A DNA stretch of 64,000 nucleotides, taken from assembly GCA_963827685.1 (NCBI GenBank), contig CAWHBU010000006.1, positions 64,001-128,000 on the forward strand, in the 5' to 3' direction. A program made the translations under genes and the position numbers. Numbering within the stretch: the first letter of the stretch is position 1; each line of letters begins with the position of its first letter. This document shows positions 56,870 through 64,000 of the stretch, one piece after another. Source of the DNA: an uncultured delta proteobacterium (lineage in GTDB: Bacteria; Desulfobacterota; BSN033; UBA1163). Below the pieces are notes generated by a model that ran no database searches, was not told where the DNA came from, and was given only the letters and a program-made list of their open reading frames with translations.

Positions 56870-58696
56870 CTAATGATCTTCGGCATCCTTTAATTCAACA
56901 AGAGGCAACATGATACAAAAGGTAGTCTGACCTTCCCTAGACTCCACGGACATTACCCCTTTCATGTTTTTGGTCAATCGAGTGCTGATGTAAAGCCCCC
57001 TCCCTCTGCCTTCGCCAAGAATAAATCGATCTTTTTCTTCTTCCGAGATCTGACCCGTATTATTGATCTCCACAACGCCCCATGTGTCCTTACGATAGGA
57101 CCGAATAGAAAGTTCTCCTCCTTCTTCAGGAATGGCATTGGAGGCGTTGTTAAGGAGATTATCTATCACTCTTTCAATATGCAGGGGAAAGCATCGAACC
57201 CATAAAGGAGATTCCCACTTTCCTTCTATCAATTGAATGTTCCCCCTATTCAACTCCTTGAGGGTTTCTTCATTGATTAGAAATCGCCTCTTCGATACCT
57301 CAGTTAGGTCAATGATCAATTCCTTTCCTTTCTCATGAAGAGTCAGCGCCAATTCTTGAATACGGGAAGTCTCCTTCAAAAGAATATCCAACGCCTGATC
57401 CACTTTCTCATTCTTAGGATAGGCTCCTTCCTTAAAGATCTTCTGGACCCGTTTGGCAAAGCCTGCTACGGCAATGGCAGGGTTCTTAAAATCATGAAGG
57501 ATGTCGTCCATCTTCTCCAACCTCAGTCCCTTCATCAATTCCTTCCCGAGGAAAGTAAAAATCTCAATCTGTTCATCCGTAAATCGTCGGTGCTGCGCTT
57601 GGGCATCAAAAACCAGAAAATAGTTGACCACCTCATTCACTTTTAAGGGGATGTAGAGGACCGAATGAATTTGCTGGCCCTCCAGAAAATGTTTGAGATC
57701 CATTGGAAGCAGACGACTTTCTTTAGGATTATTAATGAGAATATAGGCAGGAGAAATCTTCTCGTTTTCAAATTCACCAAAAGGTCCTGCCTGATTCACG
57801 ATGGCATCGATGTATGGCTCCTTCACAGAAAAGACTTTTCCAATCCCATGTTGTGTCTCCGGATACCCAGCCTCCAAAACGACATGCTGCCGATCTTCCA
57901 TCACAGAAAAGAGGGAACATCTCTGGATCTTCATGATGTCCACCAAATCCGGAATGACCGAGTCGAACAGATGCTTCATCTTGATCCCTTCACCCCTGGC
58001 CAATTTCTGGTAGATATGCTCCAAAATCTTGTCCTTGGTCACATTCAATTTATGAAGATAATTAATCTTCTTCAAAGCAATGACATAACCCACCCGTTTT
58101 GAAAACATCTCCGCAGTCTCGACCTCCAGCGGCGTAAACACCTTGTCTTCCTTTTTATAATAGATCTGGAGAACTCCCTCTGTATCGACTTCCTTGGAAA
58201 AACGCTGAAGGTAAATCGGGACGGCCAGCATCGAATGGATTCCAAGTTTTGCAACCTTTTCCTTATTCTTGTATCTCCCTTCTTTTAAGATATTAGGGAC
58301 CAAGTAACTTTGTCGTGTTTTGACCACCTCACCGGCGATCGTATCTTCAAAAGGAATGATCTCCTCACGATCTTCATGAAGGCCGGGGTAAGACCCATAA
58401 GAGATCATCTCCTTCTTTTCAGGATCGTATATCCGTATGCTCGAGGCCTCCGCATCCAGGTTTTCCACGACGGTCCTCGCCACAAGCTGAAGAATCTCCC
58501 TCTCCGTAAGAGAAGGATCTATGTCCAGGATCTTTTCGACCTGAGTGATCAATCGGTTTACATACCCGTAGAGCATTTCATCCTTAATTAGATCGGCTAC
58601 CTCATGCACATCTTCGAGGGAGAGGTTAATACGTTTCTCCAACAAACGAGAACTAATAGATTCAAGGCGCTTCTGGTCAATTTTCAGAGGATCCAT
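56870..58696 (-). CDS. GAF-GAF sensor histidine kinase
   Basis: Two GAF domains, H-box LHDFKNP, N-box DNLLNNA, degenerate G1 (NTG), G.GL. Confidence 0.85.
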   Translation of the reverse strand: MDPLKIDQKRLESISSRLLEKRINLSLEDVHEVADLIKDEMLYGYVNRLITQVEKILDIDPSLTEREILQLVARTVVENLDAEASSIRIYDPEKKEMISYGSYPGLHEDREEIIPFEDTIAGEVVKTRQSYLVPNILKEGRYKNKEKVAKLGIHSMLAVPIYLQRFSKEVDTEGVLQIYYKKEDKVFTPLEVETAEMFSKRVGYVIALKKINYLHKLNVTKDKILEHIYQKLARGEGIKMKHLFDSVIPDLVDIMKIQRCSLFSVMEDRQHVVLEAGYPETQHGIGKVFSVKEPYIDAIVNQAGPFGEFENEKISPAYILINNPKESRLLPMDLKHFLEGQQIHSVLYIPLKVNEVVNYFLVFDAQAQHRRFTDEQIEIFTFLGKELMKGLRLEKMDDILHDFKNPAIAVAGFAKRVQKIFKEGAYPKNEKVDQALDILLKETSRIQELALTLHEKGKELIIDLTEVSKRRFLINEETLKELNRGNIQLIEGKWESPLWVRCFPLHIERVIDNLLNNASNAIPEEGGELSIRSYRKDTWGVVEINNTGQISEEEKDRFILGEGRGRGLYISTRLTKNMKGVMSVESREGQTTFCIMLPLVELKDAEDH

Positions 58697-59003
58697 AAAT
58701 TTTGTAATTAAGAATAATCCCAATCATGTCCCGTGCCGAAGCTATACCGGTTGCCAGGAAAAAGACCAGGAAGAAAGTGCTTATTGATAAAACTCTTTTC
58801 GTCTTTTCCCACCTTCTACTTTATTATGACCCATAAGAGACCGGAATTTTTTGCCTCTCTCTACGCACCTGAAAAAGGAGGCAAAAATAATCCCGAATCT
58901 TCTTCCCCAATTGGTTACAGGGGACGCTTTCCCTTTGCTAACCACACCAATTGGTTTCAAAGTCGGGAGTAGGAGCATATTCCTTCCTCAGTACCCCTTA
59001 TCT

Positions 59004-59687
59004 TTACCGGTGTCCCCCGCCACCGCCATGGCCGCCTCCTCCATAACCTCCTCCATGGCCTCCTCCGTGAGAGCCCCCAAAGCCGCCACCTCTGCCACCA
59101 CCTCCTCGGAATCCTCTGCCTCGGAATCCCCTGCCTCCAAAACCACCAAGGTAGTAATAACCACCGTAGTAGTATAGATATGGATCGTAATAGGGGTAAT
59201 AATATGGTTCAGGGTAGTAATATGGTTCATATCCCCCTTCATATCCCTCATAGACAGCAGGTGGGTACTCACCGTATTGTCTCGCTTGTTCTTTATCAGA
59301 CGCAACCGCCAACCTCCACTGATTATCAATAAGAACCTGAACCGCCATCAACGCCTCGTCTTTGTTCATCGCTAATTTGCCGGAATCCAGTGCCACACCG
59401 ATAGCATTTCGCACCTCTCCGATAATATCGGGCGTCAAGGGATAATCAGCAATCCATCCATTTTTAGGTGCAATACCTACCGAAGCCAACTTACTCTCAG
59501 CCTCTGCATCGCTCTTAACCTCTCCTATTTTCAGTGCCTCAGCCAGCTTCATTGCAAAAGAACCTTCACGTACCAAACGCTGTTCAATCGGAGGGGGTTC
59601 CGGTTTGTTCTGCTCTGACTGTGCGTTAACCATTAATGGTATCAAGACCAAAAAAACTGTAGCACCTATGAAAAGTAATTTTTTCAT
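59004..59687 (-). CDS. Exported hypothetical protein with a Tyr/Pro-rich and Gly/RGG-rich tail
   Basis: GGAGGTG RBS, signal peptide, globular N-domain, low-complexity tail. Confidence 0.75.
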   Translation of the reverse strand: MKKLLFIGATVFLVLIPLMVNAQSEQNKPEPPPIEQRLVREGSFAMKLAEALKIGEVKSDAEAESKLASVGIAPKNGWIADYPLTPDIIGEVRNAIGVALDSGKLAMNKDEALMAVQVLIDNQWRLAVASDKEQARQYGEYPPAVYEGYEGGYEPYYYPEPYYYPYYDPYLYYYGGYYYLGGFGGRGFRGRGFRGGGGRGGGFGGSHGGGHGGGYGGGGHGGGGGHR

Positions 59688-59861
59688 TAGTCTCACCTCC
59701 ACTCTCTTGCTGACCATGATAAAGTCTTCTCGCACTCCAGTCTTCCTACGAAGTCTGTTAAATAAAGACCCGCTCTGCATTTTACAACCTAATCTACTGG
59801 AACTACCAGACGTTCTTTGACAATTGAATACGAATATTGATTTATTTTTTAACATTCTTCC

Positions 59862-60080
59862 CTATTCCTTAAATCTAAGGATTTCACCCGAATTTTTATC
59901 TATCGTTATTGTGATGAAAAAGATGTCGTTAAAATCTATATTCTCGCCTAAAATCTCTCTTGCCCAATTTATAACCGATTCCTGGGTTATCCTTGCAGGG
60001 TTCTTTCTCCTTTCAGGGAGTGTCCCAATATGCTGATACCCTTCTATTGCATCTCGCCAGTAAAATTCATAAGCTACCAT
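59862..60080 (-). CDS. Small hypothetical protein (72 aa)
   Basis: G-rich RBS; MVAYEFYW....IG.LPERRKNP.RIT.ES+.NW has a protein-like composition. Confidence 0.65.
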   Translation of the reverse strand: MVAYEFYWRDAIEGYQHIGTLPERRKNPARITQESVINWAREILGENIDFNDIFFITITIDKNSGEILRFKE

Positions 60081-60247
60081 GCCTTAACCCCCCTTTATGG
60101 ACATACAAGCCATTTGATGATAAACACCTCTTTAATTCTTTAGACGTATTGTTTAGGTCTATTATTCAAAATTCTTCGTGCAATCATTGCCTTTTTCATC
60201 GACCTTTTAAAGCGATAAATGCTTTAAATGAATAGGATTAACCGGTT

Positions 60248-60425
60248 ATATTTGAGACAGCTGTTTAGGGAGGGGATAAACACGCCTTAACACCATTAAA
60301 CACCCTTTTATAAGACGGTGGCTCTAATCCTGAAAAGAACAATGGAGGAAGCCGAAAGGAGTTTTCTGAAGATTGTCCCGGTAGAGGCTGAGGTGGTTAT
60401 AGCAGACAGTTGGGCGGAGAAATGA
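60248..60425 (+). repeat. ~178-bp repeat copy 2 (PolA C-terminal remnant)
   Basis: Translates to KTVALILKRTMEEAERSFLKIVPVEAEVVIADSWAEK*. Confidence 0.85.
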
Positions 60426-60760
60426 CGCTAACTCGGAAGACTGACCCTTAAAGATATTGCAGGTCAGTTATTGCTGGGATAAGGACTTCACCACAAGTCA
60501 TCACTCCCAGATAGCTCTTAGAGCTAAGGATTACGGGAGGTAATCTGCATAAAAAAAGCAGGACCATTTCTGATCCTGCCTGGGTAATAGCCTCTAATAC
60601 CCAGACTTACCGGTCGGGGTATAAGAAACATAGTATAAAGGCAAGAAGAATGTCTCCTTTGAATCTATCGGACCTTGCAACAAACAATCATTCGCTTTTT
60701 TCCATCCAATTCAGTGTTATAGAGAAAACTTCCGTAAGAGGTTGTGCAAATGAAAAGCTC

Positions 60761-60804
60761 TTGACAAAATGCGCCTAATTCGTTAATGTACCGTCCAGAC
60801 TGTA
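60761..60804 (+). promoter_or_regulatory. TetR-RND promoter with palindromic operator
   Basis: TTGACA-17-TAATGT, then the imperfect palindrome TACCGTC-CA-GACTGTA. Confidence 0.6.
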
Positions 60805-60832
60805 AAGATACAACTCATTGAGGAGGGAGTCC

Positions 60833-61378
60833 ATGTGCCCATTATCGAGTTCCCGTGACAAGATTGTCGATGCCGCAGAGAAGGTCGTGATCGAAGCTGG
60901 TGCTGCTCACATGACCCTTGACGCTGTAGCCGAGAAAGCAAGTGTCAGCAAAGGAGGATTGCTCTACCACTTCCCTAATAAAGAGGCGCTCCTTAGAGCA
61001 ATGCTGGAAAGACGAATGCAACGTTTCAATGAAGCTCAAGAGAAAAAATGCGCAGAGCTTCAAAATGGGCCGACACGGGAAATAAAGGCCTACATCCATT
61101 CCACCCTGTGGCGCGACCGTATGACCGATCGGATCGGTGCTTCACTTCTGGCTGCTATCGCACATAACCCCAAACTTCTTGATCCTGCGCGTGAAGACTA
61201 CCGGAGACGCTTAAATAAGCTTATCCCGGCCGGACTCGGATTTGAACGAGCTGCCATTATCGTACTCGCCGTGGATGGCCTTCGGCTTCTTGAACTCCTG
61301 TCTCTATCTCCCTTTAATAAGAACCAACGGAAAAAGGTGACCGAGGAACTGCTCAGGCTTGTCGATGAAGATGTCTAA
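60833..61378 (+). CDS. TetR-family regulator
   Basis: R..I+DAA..+....G...+TLDAVA..A.VSKGGLLYHFP.KEAL. Confidence 0.92.
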   Translation: MCPLSSSRDKIVDAAEKVVIEAGAAHMTLDAVAEKASVSKGGLLYHFPNKEALLRAMLERRMQRFNEAQEKKCAELQNGPTREIKAYIHSTLWRDRMTDRIGASLLAAIAHNPKLLDPAREDYRRRLNKLIPAGLGFERAAIIVLAVDGLRLLELLSLSPFNKNQRKKVTEELLRLVDEDV

Positions 61379-61463
61379 AAACGGACGAAGGAGTTAAGTG
61401 AGGATGCATCCTATTTTTAAAATAAATTTGGAGCGGATATGCGGATATAAGGAGGGATTTTGG

Positions 61464-62681
61464 ATGGTAAGGAAAAATCGAGGAGTTAGCTTTTGTCATG
61501 TGAGCGTACTCATAGTCATGGTCTTTGGGCCAACGCTTCTCCTTCTGCCCGGTTGCAAGAAAGGACAAGGGCCAGAGGCATCCCCTCTACCCACCGTTGA
61601 AGTTGTGGATGTCATCAAGAAGGATGTCCCTGTATATTCGGAATGGATCGCGTCAACGGACGGCCTTGTTAATGCGACAATTCGTGCACAGATCCAAGGC
61701 TACCTGATCAAGCAGAACTACAAGGAAGGAGATTTGGTCAAGAAAGGACAGATCCTCTTCGAGATTGACCCGCGACCCTTCGAAGCAGTGCTGGAACAGG
61801 CCAAAGGGCAACTCGCACAACAGCAAGCAACTTGGGAAACCGCCAAGGCTAACCTGGAGCGGATCAAGCCTCTGGCAGAGCAGAAAGCCGTAAGCATGAA
61901 AGACCTCGATGACGCCACCGGCGCCGAACAGGCAACGCGCGCGGCAGTGATCGCAGCACGTGCGGTAGTCGATAAGGCCCAGGTTGACCTCGGTTTCACC
62001 AAAATTACCTCTCCCATTAATGGCATCGCCGGTATTGCTAAGGCGCAGATTGGTAACCTTGTCGGTCCTGGATCCATAGAGGAACTGACAACCGTTTCAA
62101 CCGTTGACCCTATCAAAGTATACATTCCGATGAGCGAGCAAGAGTATCTGAGGGTTATGCAGAATGGTCGAGGGCATACCCAGCGGATGATGCCCCTCGA
62201 TTTGATTCTTGCTGACGGGAGCGTCCATCCACACAAAGGGGTGCTTGCCTTTGCGGATCGCCAGGTGGATGTGAGGACCGGTACGATCAAGGTCGCCGCC
62301 CTCTTCCCCAATCCTGGAAACGTCCTCCGGCCTGGACAATTCGCCAGGGTTCGTGCGCGGACCATGACCAAGAAAGGGGCTCTTCTGGTTCCACAGCGGG
62401 CGGTCACCGAACTACAGGGAAGCTACCAGGTGGCAGTGGTGGATCCTGACAACAAAGTGGATATACGACCGGTAAAGGTGGCCGACCGTGTCGATAACCT
62501 CTGGGTCATTGACGAGGGGTTGAAGCCGGGTGAGCGTGTCGTAGCAGAAGGTATCCAGAAAATCAACCAGGGCATGGACGTAAATCCGAAGCCCTACGGT
62601 GCCCAGCCCCAGGCCACGATAGAGGCACCTGCGATGTCTAAGGCAAAACCCGCAGCCCAAGCCGAGACTACGAAGAGGTAA
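61464..62681 (+). CDS. RND efflux periplasmic adaptor (membrane fusion protein)
   Basis: Lipobox-like LLPGC, +RAQ+.G, EG..V+KG..LF.ID, I.SP+.G, VD..TGT, L.PGQF.RV, +PQ.AV. Confidence 0.92.
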   Translation: MVRKNRGVSFCHVSVLIVMVFGPTLLLLPGCKKGQGPEASPLPTVEVVDVIKKDVPVYSEWIASTDGLVNATIRAQIQGYLIKQNYKEGDLVKKGQILFEIDPRPFEAVLEQAKGQLAQQQATWETAKANLERIKPLAEQKAVSMKDLDDATGAEQATRAAVIAARAVVDKAQVDLGFTKITSPINGIAGIAKAQIGNLVGPGSIEELTTVSTVDPIKVYIPMSEQEYLRVMQNGRGHTQRMMPLDLILADGSVHPHKGVLAFADRQVDVRTGTIKVAALFPNPGNVLRPGQFARVRARTMTKKGALLVPQRAVTELQGSYQVAVVDPDNKVDIRPVKVADRVDNLWVIDEGLKPGERVVAEGIQKINQGMDVNPKPYGAQPQATIEAPAMSKAKPAAQAETTKR

Positions 62682-62687
62682 GCCGGT

Positions 62688-64000
62688 ATGTCAAAGTTCT
62701 TTATCAACCGTCCCATCGTGGCGATGGTCATCTCCATTTTCTTTGTCCTCTTAGGACTCATTGCGATGGTGGGGTTGCCCGTGGCTCAATTCCCGGAGAT
62801 CGTCCCTCCGGAGATCCAGATCTTAACTACCTATACGGGTGCCGATGCAGAAACCGTAGAACAATCGGTTGCCACACCCCTCGAGGAGCAGATCAGTGGC
62901 GTCGACAATATGAACTACATGTATTCCGTGAATGCGAGCAACGGCACGATGAGGATGTTCGTCAACTTCGATGTCAAGACTGACCCAAACACGGATCTGC
63001 TTTTCACCCAGATGCGCCAGAACCAAGCCCAAGCCCAGCTTCCACTCGATGTGCGCAATTATGGCGTGACGATGCAAAAAGCGAGATCGTCACCGCTTAT
63101 GCTCATTGGCCTTTACTCCCCAAAGGGAACGTATGACGGAACGTTTATGGCGAACTATGCCAATATCAACCTCCTCGATCCCCTCGTCCGCGTGCCCGGC
63201 ATCGCTATGGTCAACATCTTTGGCGCGGGGCAGTATGCGATACGCATCTGGGTTAAGCCCGACACCCTTGGGAAGCTCGGGATTACCGTTCCTGATATTG
63301 TGAACGCCGTCCAGAAGCAGAATACGGTCAACCCGGCCGGACAGATTGGGAGCGAGCCTGTCCCCCCAGGGCAAGAATTCACCTATACGGTTCGCACCCA
63401 GGGTCGCCTCATCTCTGCGGAGGACTTCGGCGCCATCGTTCTCCGCGCCAACCCGGATGGATCGATCGTTCGGTTGAAGGACGTAGCTCAAATCGAACTG
63501 GGGGGCCAGACTTACAACCTCTGGAGTCGGATAGATGGCAAACCCGCCGCCGTCATGGCAGTCTACCAATTGCCGGGCACAAATGCCATTGCCACAGTCC
63601 AGGGTGCCAGGAAGGTGTTGGACGAGGCCCGGAAACGGTTCCCTACAGACCTCGATTATACAGTTGCCCTTGACACAACACGATCCATTAAGGAAGGAAT
63701 CAGCGAGATCGTCAAAACGCTTTTTGCAGCACTGGCTCTGGTCATCCTCGTGGTCTTCGTCTTCCTTCAGGGATGGAGGGCAACCCTTATTCCAGCCCTA
63801 GCTGTTCCGGTCTCGCTTATCGGCACCTTTGCCGTCTTTCCCATGCTGGGGTTCTCGATCAACACCTTGTCGCTTTTTGGTCTTGTGCTGGCCATCGGAC
63901 TGGTCGTGGATGACGCCATCGTCGTCGTGGAGGCGGTGGAACGCCATATAGAGGAAGGCTTGTCTCCTAAGGAAGCGTCGCTCAAGGCCATGCAAGAGGT
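62688..64000 (+). CDS. RND efflux permease (AcrB/HAE1 family), 3'-truncated by window edge; absent from the ORF track
   Basis: MSKFFINRPIVAMVISI..LPVAQFPEIVPP, YTGADAETVEQSVATPLE, GLVLAIGLVVDDAIVVVEAVERH. Confidence 0.95.
   Translation, partial: MSKFFINRPIVAMVISIFFVLLGLIAMVGLPVAQFPEIVPPEIQILTTYTGADAETVEQSVATPLEEQISGVDNMNYMYSVNASNGTMRMFVNFDVKTDPNTDLLFTQMRQNQAQAQLPLDVRNYGVTMQKARSSPLMLIGLYSPKGTYDGTFMANYANINLLDPLVRVPGIAMVNIFGAGQYAIRIWVKPDTLGKLGITVPDIVNAVQKQNTVNPAGQIGSEPVPPGQEFTYTVRTQGRLISAEDFGAIVLRANPDGSIVRLKDVAQIELGGQTYNLWSRIDGKPAAVMAVYQLPGTNAIATVQGARKVLDEARKRFPTDLDYTVALDTTRSIKEGISEIVKTLFAALALVILVVFVFLQGWRATLIPALAVPVSLIGTFAVFPMLGFSINTLSLFGLVLAIGLVVDDAIVVVEAVERHIEEGLSPKEASLKAMQE

Larger units (their letters stand above)
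46633..60425. mobile_element. Integrative element/genomic island at the tRNA-Phe 3' end; right boundary uncertain, may extend past the window
   Basis: Integrase and excisionase adjoin the tRNA; Rep-like gene, AT-rich DNA, gene fragments and mixed cargo follow. I did not see a duplicated tRNA 3' end. Confidence 0.75.

Noticed and set aside
58851-59329. Ser/Ala-rich and Glu/Ala-rich ORFs
   Set aside because: These are alternative-frame shadows of the Gly-rich tail of 59004-59687.
46727-60425. Intact prophage or ICE
   Set aside because: No structural, packaging, lysis, relaxase or conjugation genes were recognised.
46633-64000. attR duplicate of the tRNA-Phe 3' end
   Set aside because: Not found by eye; the element may extend beyond the window or the site has eroded.

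Overview
This is a gene-dense bacterial window. Gene content (tungsten-type AOR, many LIV-type ABC systems, class III CoA-transferases, cobamide salvage) suggests an anaerobic Desulfobacterota-like organism; that assignment is inference. (1) 1-38.1 kb is an organic-acid uptake and CoA-activation region: a partial ilvD-family gene, four complete LIV/HAAT ABC systems, two acyl-CoA ligases, AOR, a FabK/NMO-family flavoenzyme and a CaiB/BaiF pair. It also holds an AT-richer, minus-strand TetR-led cluster (21-32.2 kb) lying between a binding-protein gene and a 3'-only paralogous fragment of it. (2) 38.5-46.5 kb is a cobalamin riboswitch followed by btuB-cbiR-cobU-cobS-cobT-btuF-cobQ; cobT has one in-frame TGA at codon 35. 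(3) tRNA-Phe(GAA) at 46.56 kb is followed by an integrative element: tyrosine integrase, excisionase, TGGTAATTGG repeats, an Sm-like protein and a TrfA/Rep-like protein with 22-bp-spaced repeats. Cargo follows (MFS, TPR, flavoprotein, GAF/kinase/CBM48 cluster, TetR-RND pump running off the end). Two ~179-bp repeats encoding a family-A DNA polymerase C-terminal remnant bracket 7 kb of the cargo. No CRISPR array or rRNA was seen. All family calls come from motif recognition by eye, not database searches.
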